The notes below the pieces were generated by a model that saw nothing but the letters and a program-made list of their open reading frames with translations, did no database searches and was not told the DNA's origin. A DNA stretch of 64,000 bases from Octopus sinensis (lineage: Eukaryota): NCBI RefSeq assembly GCF_006345805.1, contig NC_043014.1, forward strand, positions 37,448,001-37,512,000, written 5' to 3'. Of this stretch, positions 23,629 through 34,984 are shown one piece after another. The translations under genes were made by a program, and so were the position numbers. Numbering within the stretch: the first letter of the stretch is position 1; the number at the start of each line of letters is the position of its first letter.

Positions 23629-23856
23629 GGCGAGCTGGCAGAAACGTTAGCACGCCGGGCGAAATGCGTAGCCGTATTTCGTCTGTTGTTACGGTGTGAG
23701 TTCAAATTCCACCGAGGTCGACTTTGCCTTTCATCCTTTCGGGGTCGATAAATTAAGTACCAGTTACGCACTGGGATCGATGGAATCGACTTAATACCTA
23801 TGTCTGTCCTTGTTTGTCCCATCTATGTTTAGCCCCTTGTGGGTAATAAAGAAATA
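23629..23856 (+). mobile_element. SINE family B, full length
   Basis: Flanked by a 14-bp TSD GGTTGTTGAATGTC (23615-23628, 23857-23870). Confidence 0.9.
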
Positions 23857-24020
23857 GGTTGTTGAATGTCTCTTATCATGGTACCTAAAATTAGAAAGAT
23901 GGTTGTTATATCTAGATTTAAATTTCCCTTCCACAGCTCTAACATTTGACATCTGTATGACCATTATCACAGTTCACTTAAACCTGTGCTTCATAAACTC
24001 AGAAGATATATCATATTCCA

Positions 24021-24814
24021 GATCTTTTCGGTTTGAACGGCAGTTTTTAACATAATTTCTAGGTAACTAAAAAATCTTTAACTTCATATACTGGTAGAAT
24101 GTGTTTATAAAACATCATTTTCTCTTGGCTTTCTTGAGAAAATTCTGTAGTTTGTAACATATTTCGTCTTTAATTTCTTGCATTTCAGCAATTTCAACCA
24201 ATCACTGGCGTCTATTGAGTTAAAAAGCGTTCTGTACTGTATGAATATGTCCCTCATTTAAGAAACAGATTGGGTTTATTTACATTTGTGAAGAAAAAAA
24301 GATACCCTTCCCCCACCCGTAACCCTAAATCTAAAATAGATTGAAATGCAATAGATCGATTCTACGGTCATAATTATGGGTGACAATTTCATATGACACC
24401 GGTAGAGAAAACAGCAGTTTCTTCTAGCAGTGTCATATGAAATTGTCACCCATAATTATGACCCTATTATCGATCTATTGCATTTCAATCTATTTTAGAT
24501 TTAGGGTTAGGGTTAAGGGTGGGGGAAGGGTATCTTTTTTTCTTCACAAATGTAAATAAACCCAATCTGTTTCTTAAATGAGGGACATATTCATACGGCA
24601 CAGAACGCTTTTTAACTCAATAGACGCTAGTGATTGGTTGAAATTGCTGAAATGCAAGAAATTAAAGACAAAATATGTTACAAACTACAGAATTTTCTCA
24701 AGAAAACCAAGAGAAAATGTTGTTTTATAAACACATTCTACCAGTATACGAAGTTTAAAATTTTTTAGTTACCTAGAAATTATGTTAAAAACTGCCGTTC
24801 AAACCGAAAAGATC
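24021..24814. mobile_element. Foldback (palindromic) MITE-like element, ~794 bp
   Basis: Left arm GATCTTTTCGGTTTGAACGGCAG... and right arm ...CTGCCGTTCAAACCGAAAAGATC are reverse complements over ~380 bp with few mismatches and a ~35-nt loop. Confidence 0.9.
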
Positions 24815-24939
24815 CCATACTCCTGTACTAGAGGGCATTTAGATTTGTCTCTATATGTCCATGTATACATATTTGTTGAGATGATTTTCTACTGGTGGAT
24901 GCCTTTCCTGTTGAGGCAATTGAAATTGAAATCAAATTC

Positions 24940-25390
24940 GAAGGCTGACATCCGTGTTAGTGGAGTGCTAAGAGCACCATCCGAGCATGATCGTTGCCAG
25001 AGTGGCTAACTGGCTTCCATGCCAGTGGCACGTAAAAAGCACCATTCGAGCATGATCGTTACCAGCGTCGCCTTACTGGCACATGAAAAAACATTCGAGC
25101 GAGGTCGTTGCCAGTGCTGCTAGACTGGCTCCTGTGCAGGTGCCATGTAAAAAGCACCATTTGAGCATGGCCGTTGCCAGTACCGCCTGACTGGCCCTCG
25201 TGCCGGTGGCACATAAAAGCACCCATTACACTCTTGGAGTGGCTGGCGTTAGGAAGGGCATCCAGCTGTAGAAACTCTCCCACATCAAGATTGGAGCCTG
25301 GCGCAGCCATCTGGTTTGCCGGTCCTCACTCAAATCGCCCAACCCGTGCTAACATGGAAAGCAGACGTTAAACAATGATGATGATGATGG
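24940..25390 (+). mobile_element. RTE LINE 3' UTR fragment
   Basis: Four to five ~55-bp subrepeats, the conserved core and the tail GACGTTAAACAATGATGATG. Confidence 0.75.
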
Positions 25391-25762
25391 ATGCTTTTCC
25401 TGTTGCCAAATCTCACTTCCCATGACTGGTGATATTTTTGCAGAAGACAAGAAATGAAGAACAGCTTTTGCATGATGTTGATGACACTCATTTACAACTA
25501 ACACATGATATCAACATCAGGAGACACAATATACACAAACCCACACATATATATTCATATATCTTTTACTTGTTTCAGTCATTAGACTGCTGCCATGCTG
25601 GGGTACCATCTTGAAAAATGTTTAGTCAAATGACCCAGTTCTTATTTGTTTTTATGCTTGGTACTTATTCTAGTGGTTTCTTTTGTCAAACCATTCAGTT
25701 ACAGGAACAAAAACAAACCACCACTGGATGTTGAGTGGCATTGCCGGACACACACAAAGATA

Positions 25763-26136
25763 TCTCTCTCTATATAAACGGCAGTTTGTCTGTGTGTGTT
25801 TCTGTGTGTCTGTCAGGTTGTACCCTCACCCTGACCACGGCTTTCAACCGATTCTGATGAAACTTGACACACACATAGCCCAATGTTATAATTCAAAACT
25901 AACGCAGCGAAAATTTTGAAAAGTTCCCCCAGTTCTGAAAAAGATCGATAAATTCGACATGGGTTCGACAATCAGAAACACAAACCACAGATGATCTAGG
26001 GGACGCAACTCGACCTTTTTAACTATCAAAAAAAAATTTACCATCATTTTTTTGCTATTTTTTGGCTATAACTCTCTAAAAATGTTTTATAGTTATTTCC
26101 CTTACAAACCCGAGCAACGCCGGGCGATACTGCTAG
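25763..26136 (+). mobile_element. Non-autonomous Helitron
   Basis: A|TC...CTAG|T termini and the same 3' hairpin as 8313-8702. Confidence 0.85.
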
Positions 26137-26759
26137 TATATATATATATATATATATTATATAAAATCCGTTCTATCTGTCTGTGTGTGTATCTTCTAGG
26201 ATCTCGGGCATCCTCCATCCGATTGCGCTCAAATTTGATATGTAGATACCAACGGTATCAGGGCGTATATAAGTCTTGAAAAAATTACAATAATCGATTC
26301 CAGGAGAGAATGCGATCGATAAAGCCGTGGGAATGTGCATTTGTACACGCAAGTACATCAGCTGTTGCGATTGATACTACGCGTACGCGAGAAAAATGCA
26401 TGTGCATTTTTGCGCAAAAATAGCTGGCTGGCTGCCACAAAATGCAGTATATTTAAGATACTAAAAAAGTAAGATGCAAAAGAGATATTTTCTTCAAACT
26501 TGGCATGAAGGAAGGAAAGCCTATTTGGTTTCTCAAGAAGTTTTATTTTTTTATTTTATCTAGTTTCAGCTCACGAGCTGTGGCCATGCTGGGGCACCGC
26601 CATTTATTTTTTTTGCCTTAACTTCGTTTAACAAAACCCAAAATTTTATTGAAATAAAGGAATGCTTAATTATTTTTTAATGAAAAGAAAACACTGATTG
26701 CTTTTTATTCAGCAGATATGATTCAGCACCATCCATTGGATGGGGGGGGGGGAGTTGCT

Positions 26760-26808
<49 letters not shown>

Positions 26809-27301
26809 GATGGGCTTCTTTCTGTTTACATCTACCAAATCCACTCACAAGGCTTTAATTGGTTTGAGGCTATAGTAGAAGGCACTTCTCAAAGGTGTCT
26901 TATAGTGGGACTGAACCTAAAATCATGTGGTTCAGAAACTAACTCCTTACTACATAGCCATGCCTACACCTATATATGTATATATATGATGGACTTCTTT
27001 CAGTTTCCATCTACCAAATCCACTCATGAATCTTTTGGTCAACCCCAGGCTTTAGTAGAAGACACTTGCCCTAGGTGTCATGCAATAAGACTGGACTTGA
27101 AAACATGATTGAAAAGCAAACTTCATTTGTCTGTACTACTTTATATACTTGTAAAAATTGAAATAAGAAAGAAAACAGTGAATAAAGACGCAAAGAAAGT
27201 TTCCAAACAATATTTTAATATAAAACAAAATAAACTACAACACTATTTTTCTCAAACGAAACTCATCTGTATACAATTTTATATGAAATAAAAAGAATAT
27301 G

Positions 27302-27340
27302 CTAACGAGCACGACTGTTTATTCCCATTATATTCCGTGC
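27302..27340 (-). CDS. COQ9: COQ9 terminal coding exon
   Basis: CTTGTTTATCTTTCAG|GCA CGG AAT... reads ARNNMGINSRAR*, aligning with the COQ9 C-terminus (human LKNLTGLNQRR). Phase 0. Confidence 0.85.
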   Translation of the reverse strand, partial: ARNIMGINSRAR

Positions 27341-27510
27341 CTGAAAGATAAACAAGATTTAAGTATTAGAAGACAAACATAACCATCAGTTAAAGAGAAG
27401 GAAGTTATAGAAGAATGTTAATGTTAAAAGATTTAAAAAGTGTTTCTTTTTAGTTAAATACAAATATTTTTCATATAAGTTGTCGCCGTTGTCATCATCA
27501 TTATCATTAC

Positions 27511-28121
27511 ACTCTGTTTTACTTGTTTCAGTCATTTGACTGGCGCAGGAGTGGCTGTGTGGTAAGTAGCTTGCTTACCAACCACATGGTTCCGGTTTCA
27601 TTCCCACTGCGTGGCACCTTGGGCAAGTGTCTTCTACTATAGCCTCGGGCCGACCAAAGCCTTGTGAGTGGATTTGGTAGACGGAAACTGAAAGAATCCT
27701 GTCGTATATATAAATGTGTGCGTGTATGTTTGTGTATCTGTGTTTGTCCCCCAAGCATTGCTTGACAACCGGTGCTGGTGTGTTTATGTCCCCGTCACTT
27801 AGCGGTTCAGCAAAAGAGACCGATAGAATAAGTACTGGGCTTACAAAGAATAAGTCCCGGGGTTGAGTTGCTCGACTAAAGGCGGTGCTCCAGCATGGCC
27901 GCAGTCAACTGACTGAAACAAGTAAAAGAGTAAAGAGTAAGAGTTGACTGTGGCCATGCTGGAGCACTGCCTTTAGTCGAGCAAATCGAACCCAGGACTT
28001 ATTTTTTGGAAGCCTAGTACTTATTCTATAGGTCTCTTTTGTCGAACTGCTAAGTTACGGGAACATAAACACACCAGCATCGGTTGTCAAGCAATGTTGG
28101 GGGGACAAACACAGACACACA

Positions 28122-28165
<44 letters not shown>

Positions 28166-28327
28166 ACAGGCTTCTTTCAGTTTCCGTCTACCAAATCCAC
28201 TCACAAGGCTTTGGTCAGCCCGAGGCTATAGTAGAAGACACTTGCCTACGGTGCCACGCAGTAGGAATGGACCCGGAACCGTGTGGTTGGTAAGCGAGCT
28301 ACTTACCACACAGCCACTCCTGCGCCT
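27511..28327. mobile_element. Family A SINE (+, 27542-27943) inserted into an antisense family A SINE
   Basis: TTGACT duplicated at 27536-27541 and 27944-27949. The result is a ~380-bp inverted repeat with almost no spacer. Confidence 0.85.
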
Positions 28328-29491
28328 GTGTAACAAAATTGAATTGTTTTTTGTCTTTGGTCAGTATTTATTTTGCAATATTAAGTCATAGGAATTCATT
28401 CAACAAAAAAAAATTTCCAATGATTCTGGGATTGGTGGGGAAGAGGGGAACTACCACCTCATTTTTTTCCTAGCCAAAATAAGGGATTTGCTGCATATTA
28501 GGAGGTCAGAGTACTTGATTCAAATTTTTGTTTTTTTTCTTAGTAAATATTGTGCAGATGTTAATATAGAAATTTACCATAATGTTGTTGTTATTTAGTC
28601 TCAGTTCAACCTTGATACTACAAACCTATCATCAAAGTCATTCCACCCTTCAGCAAATCAGCTTTTTAGGGATAATCTAGGATATTACATACAACGGGCA
28701 TGTGATTTATGTAGGAGGGTATTTTGGCTGCTATTTTTAGTGTGTCGAGCGACCAGGTAGAGGCTCTTTCATTGGTTTGATTGCGTGATGAGATTTTTTT
28801 ACACATATGTGTAATACATATATCATTGGCAGAAGTTAGAAAATAAGTCAAAAGCTGAGAGTTTCATGTATTGGCACTTATCAAACACGAATTCGTCCAT
28901 TGTCACTCTGTAACTTCTGATGAAATAACTTCTAAAATACAAAATTTTGTCAAAAGCGTTAAGAGTAAACCCTGTTCTATGTGACACATTCTACCATTTT
29001 AGGAAGTTTGAAAGTGTTTAGTTAAAAAAGATTAATTAAATAATCTGGCGAAATTTGAACTCAAAACATAAAGGCAGATGAAATACTGTTAAGCATTTCA
29101 CCCAGTGCGCTAACATTTCTACCAGCTCACTGCCTTAGAAAATAAACATTGATTTTAGAAATATATTCTTTATTCTTATTGCTTAAGCATTACTCCCTCA
29201 TTTCCTTACTGACATGAAGTTTCATAACATTTTACTTCATAACTCTTTTTCTACTAATTTTTGTTCAATGCAACTAGCGATTCTTAATTCCTCGTGCATT
29301 TTTCTATAATTTAATACTAAGAAAAGTATACTTTTAATTTAAAATTTTAAAATTTATGTTAATTGAAGATGAATATCTGCCTACTGCTCCCCACCCACCT
29401 TGAGGTCACATTATAATTTAATGTAACTTTTTTTCTACTGAATCAAGTCTCAAACTATTTATGCCAAACTATAGCTGAGGAGGTGTCCTCT

Positions 29492-29719
29492 TTAACCCTT
29501 TCGTTACTGTATTTATTTTGAGATACTCTGTGTTTATTTCAATTACTTTAACTATAACAAAGAATTTAGTAAAATAACTTAGTTATCATTCAGCTAGTGT
29601 TAGGAACATAAATTGTGACTAAGGTTTGGTGGAAGATATTAATTCAAAACTTATGAAAACAAGACATTTGTACTCAGAACCAGAGCCGGTTTCAGCCGGG
29701 TTGGTAACGAAAGGGTTAA
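29492..29719 (+). mobile_element. piggyBac-like MITE (family 1)
   Basis: TTAA|CCCTTTCGTTAC...GTAACGAAAGGG|TTAA. Confidence 0.88.
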
Positions 29720-31410
29720 AACTATTAACAGTTTGCAATTTAGTTGAGAACTGAATTAGTGGTGGAACTTGGAAGCTGCTGCAATTGACGAAATGGTGGA
29801 CTTGAGAATATATTCAACCACTACCATGGTTGAATGATACTTTCACTAGATCCGTTTGCAGCACTAATTATATTACCAAAATAGCAAATGTCAGCTGAGC
29901 AGACAATGGGCTTAATTCCATGACTCACTGATACTAACTTCTACTGGCTAAAGCTCTGTTCCTCAGTTATAGATCCTGGTTGCACTACTAACTCCTTCCA
30001 AGCATATTAAAGGTCATTTTTGAGACTGCAGTGCTTTTTCCAGTTTTTCTGTTCCCTTCTACAAATTATTATTACTTTAATCATTGTGTTATTTATCATT
30101 AGTCTTTTACTTTCAAACTACATTATAATTCCACTTTAAGAACTTTAGAGTTCTCTGACAGATACTATGAATGAGAAGACAATAACCCCAGTAAAGATTA
30201 TTAGGGACAACCAGTTCCAAAGTTTTTGGTATTGCTTCAAGATATAAGAAGTGAGAATTAAAAGTAGAGCCTTGGTATACGCCTGTTCTTACACTAAACT
30301 TTTCACTGAATTTACATCCAATCCTATTCTTGCTTATGTTACCCTCATATACAATCCAAACCACTCTAATGAGCCTTTCACATCTAGTTTATTCAGCATT
30401 TGACAGACTATATAGCATTGAACCCATTTGCTTTTGGTTAAGAAGTTATCTTGTTGTCTTAACTAAAAGTATAGCATTATCTCTGGTTCTAAATTCCCTT
30501 CTAAATGAATTATATTCAGTCAAAATCTAGTGCAGATGGTACAAAAAAAAACCAACAAGAAACCTAATACATATTGTTAAACAGTTAGAGTTAGGAAGGG
30601 CATCCATGTAGAAACCAAAGCTGACAATGGAACACAATGCAGTTCTTGGACCCAATGGATCTGGTCAAACCGTCCAACCAATGCCAACATGGAACATGGA
30701 CATTAAATGATAATCATCATCATCATCATCATTATCATTGTTTAACATCTGCTTTCAATGCTAGCATGGGTTGGACGATTTTGACTGAGGGCTAGCGAAC
30801 CAGATGGCTGCACCAGGTTCCAATCTTGATCTGGCAGAGTTTCTACAGCTGGATGCCCTTCCTAACACCAACCACTCCAAGAGTGTAGTGGGTGCTTTTT
30901 ACGTGCTACCCTGCACGGAGGCCAGTCAGGCGGTACTGGCAATGACCTCGCTCAAATCTTTTTACACATGCCACCGGCACAGGTGCCAGTAAGGCGACGC
31001 TGGTAACGATCATGTATGAGTGGTGCCCTCTGGCAACGATCACTCTCGGATGGTGCTCTTGTGATGAAATCTATTTTGTGCTAAGTTTGTTATGTTTCTA
31101 ATACACCTCTAATACACTTCCCTTATGTCTGTAGAATTTAACCATGGTGTTGCTGTGCCAGTCATTGGTGGAACACTTACCCTCTATAAACCATGATATG
31201 ATTCTTTGACACCTTACCACTGAAGACAAAATGACTGGGAAGATAAAGATGTTGGACAGCCAGCTGTTTGTAAGTTCAAATCCACTGCTGTACACTTACT
31301 GTACTTTTAATCAGAATCTTTACTACTACATTAAGTGATGATAATGATAAGGTGAGGAAAATGGTGGTGGTGGTGGTGGTGGAAAAACATGGACATACAC
31401 AAAGACTTAC

Positions 31411-31464
31411 CATGAGAGAAAGACCCCATAAATTTTCTCCAATAGACTTTGTTACCATTTGGCA
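31411..31464 (-). CDS. COQ9: COQ9 coding exon (54 nt)
   Basis: TTTTTGTTTTAG|...ATG|GTAAGT. Reads CQMVTKSIGENLWGLSLM, phase 0/0. Confidence 0.85.
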
Positions 31465-33127
31465 CTAAAACAAAAATGAAACAAAATGAATAAAACATAA
31501 AAACATACAAACTTCTGTTGAAATATATTTTGTTTTGTGAAGCAGATTTAGTTCACTTTACTGGGTGGTTGATATTAGGAAGGGTATCCAGTTGTAAAAG
31601 CCGCGCCAAAACAGACACAGAAGTCTGGTGAAGGCTCCTGCCTGGTCATTTCCTGTCAAACCGCCCAACCCATGCCAGCATGGAAGGCAGATGCTAAACA
31701 TTGATGATGAAGCATTTTAAATGAAAACTATTGAAACAAAACCCCTTGAAAAGTAAATATCCTTCACTTGGTAGATTTCCTCCTTTCCACCCTCACCACT
31801 TTGATAGTTATACTGTTAATATGAGGTGGGTAACTTTGTTGTAAAAGATCTCCATTCAAACAACTATACACACATCTGAAATTTTAATTGATGCTAAAAT
31901 TCTTCTCTTTTACTGGCTCCATTCATTCAATTGTGGCTGCATTGAAGCACCATCTTCAAAGGTTTAGTTGACCACATCGGTTCCAGTACTTATTTTATTG
32001 GTCTCCAATGGTTCCACTAAGTCGCAGAGCATAAAAGAACACAATAGAAGCAGCATCACTTTTTAGACTGGTGTAAACATAAACACAAACATGGATGCAG
32101 AACACACAACTGGATGTGTGTGTGTGTGTGTGTGTGCATGTGTGTGTGTGTATACATGCAAACCACAGTAGCATTTTGATCATCATCATCATCATCATCA
32201 TCGTTTAACGTCCGTTCTCCATGCTAGCATGGGTTGGACAGTTCGACCGGGGATCTGGGAAGCCAGAAGGCTGCACCAGGCTCCAGTCTGATCTGGTAGT
32301 GTTTCTACAGCTGGATGCCCTTCCTAACGCCAACCACTCTGTGAGTGTAGTGGGTGCTTTTTACGTGCCACCGGCACACGGATCACAACTGCAGTTTCCA
32401 TTGATTTTGATGTTGGTGTACTTGACTCAATGGATCTCCTCAAGCACAGTGTATATAAACACACAGTTTCTGTCAAATCAAATTCTATCCGCAAGTTATT
32501 TATCAACTTGTAGCTTAGTAGCAGACACTTACCAAAGCTATTGTAAAATGGGAAACACGATAGCTGCAGAATGACTGTCTTAACCCAACACTGTGCCTTA
32601 CTCTTTCTTTCACTCTTTTACTTGTTTCAGTCATTTGAGTGTGGCCATGCTGGAGCACCGCCTTTAGTTGAGCAAGTCAACCCCAGGACTTATTCTCTGT
32701 AAGCCTAGTACTTATTCTATCAGTCTCTTTTGCCGAACTACTAAGTTACGGGGATGTAAACATACCAACATCGGTTGTCAAGCGATGTTGGTGGGGACAA
32801 ACACAGACACACATACATATATACGATGGGCTTCTTTCAGTTTCTGTCTACCAAATCCACTCACAAGGCTTTGGTTGACCCAAGGCTATAGTAGAAGATA
32901 CCTGCCCAAGGTGCCATGCAGTGGAACTGAACCCGGAACCATGACTTTACTGCTCTCTGTTGTGCACAAGACATACAATTGAGTGACTTCAACTATAGCC
33001 CTACTCTGATTTGTGGCATTGTACCAATGTCAGAAATGAGCAACCTGCTGTTCCAATGAGTTATGGAACACACCATGCTCTAAAAGAAAATATCTGAATT
33101 GTTGAGACAGTGAGGGAGCCTCTACAT

Positions 33128-33383
33128 CAGGGGTTCTCAACTGATGTCCATATGACCTTTGGGGGTCCATATAAGATTTTGTTGTTAAAATTTATGTGCA
33201 AGTAACTGGTTATGCTTGTACAATACACAAAATATTTAAACATTTTTTATACAGTTCCTAATAAGATTTAATCATTAAAGATATAATAGGAGATTTTAGA
33301 TATCGAATGGTTATGAGGGACCCACCCCCTGAGTAAAATAGGAATAAAAGGGGTCCACAGTCAAAAATGATTGAGAAATGCTG
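33128..33383 (+). mobile_element. hAT (Charlie-like) MITE
   Basis: CAGGGGTTCTCAAC...GATTGAGAAATGCTG termini with flanks CTCTACAT/TTCTAGAT resembling the NTCTAGAN target. Related copies near 48235-48535 and 51345-52250. Confidence 0.7.
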
Positions 33384-34085
33384 TTCTAGATGATCCCTCG
33401 GCCTGCTAGAAATAACAACCAAATCTCCCCCAAATCACATTCAACAATCTTAAAAAAAAAGAAAGGCACATTCATTGATGCAATCCTGGTATAATGAGTG
33501 GTTGGTGACTAAACTGGACCCCTATAAGGCTGGCCCAATGAGGGTGTGTGAGCACTGAGCAGGATTAAAAAAACAATGAAACCCGAGAAAGGCAGATGAG
33601 ATCCTTGAGGGTCAATGGTTCCTATATCTTGGGGAAGAGGTAAGTCCCACTAGGGTTAGCAAGGCAAATGAAACACTTGAATAGATACCAATATTTAATT
33701 TTATACCGGACTGATTGGAGAATAAGTTAGAGTGTAAAGAGAGTTTAGGAGGACTAAGAGGAATGGAAAAAATTGGTAAAGAAAAAGAAAACAGCTGCTT
33801 TAACAGTAGAAATGCAATATGAATAATTCACACACACACACATATGTAAGGAAACAAAATAGTCAAGGCTGGAATATCTTTGGTCGCAAATCTGCTTGAG
33901 CCGGGGTGATTTGGGGAAGAAGCCCAACCTTCTTAGAAAAACTGAAGGACTACTGCAATAAGTGTGTGAATCTAAGAGGGGAATATGTTGAATAAAATCA
34001 TAGCTAATTGATCTTCCTGTATTTTCTTTTACCCAAAGCCAGGAACTTTTCAGTACCACTTCATACTTCTGTCTTTTATCACCTA

Positions 34086-34469
34086 CTAGCAGTATCGCCC
34101 GGCGTTGCTCAGGTTTGTAAGGGAAATAACTATAAAGCATTTTTAGAGAGTTATAGCTAAAAAATAGCAAAAAAATGGAAAAAAATGATGGTAAGTTTTT
34201 TTTGAGATTAAAAAAAGGTGGAGTTGCGTCCCCTAGACAGTTTGTGGTTCCTGTTTCTGATTCTCGACCCCATGTCGAATTTATTGATTTTTTTCAGAAC
34301 TGGGGAAACTTTTCAAAATTTTTGCTGCATTAGTTTTGAATTATGACATTGGGCTATGTGTGTGTCAAGTTTCATCAGAATCGGTTGAAAGCCGTGGTCA
34401 GGGTGAGGGTACAAGCAAACAGACACACAGAAACACGCACAGACAAACTGCCGTTTATATAGAGAGAGA
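34086..34469 (-). mobile_element. Non-autonomous Helitron
   Basis: Reverse-complement copy of 25763-26136 with A|TC...CTAG|T termini. Confidence 0.85.
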
Positions 34470-34828
34470 TCTGTGTTGCTGTTTTCAGAGGTTTCATTTT
34501 GAAACTTTTGCAGATAAAATTTTAATGTTTTAACAAATGACAAATTTCTGTTCAGTTCTACTACCTTCCTTCAAAATTCAGGGACTAATTGGAATTACTC
34601 TTTACTCTTTTACTCTTTATATATATATTATATTAATCTGACAGATATGCTTGTCAGTTGCTTGACCATAACCACTTGAGCATGTCCCTTAGTGGCTGAC
34701 AATATGTGCATCGCTGATGATGAGCAGGTGTAGTGGGGGTGGGGAACATCATAGCCATTGAGAAGGAATTATATATTTTTTTTAAAATTTAATTTTGTTT
34801 CAACAAAAAGCAAAGAAAATTTACTCAC

Positions 34829-34984
34829 ATTTTTCATACTTTGGCCAAGGCATTTGACATCATCAAACCTGTTGTTGACAAATTTCAGTGTATTCTCAAA
34901 ATCTTCAGATTTATCCTGCAGCATATAGATTTCTGATGATTTGTAGAGAGCTGCCAGAGTAAGGCGTTTGGTGTACCAGTTGAA
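34829..34984 (-). CDS. COQ9: COQ9 coding exon (156 nt)
   Basis: FNWYTKRLTLAALYKSSEIYMLQDKSEDFENTLKFVNNRFDDV, the hallmark COQ9 motif. ATAG|...AAT|GTGAGT. Confidence 0.95.

Noticed and set aside
24499-24520. Interstitial telomere
   Set aside because: Only about three imperfect TTAGGG units, internal to the foldback element.
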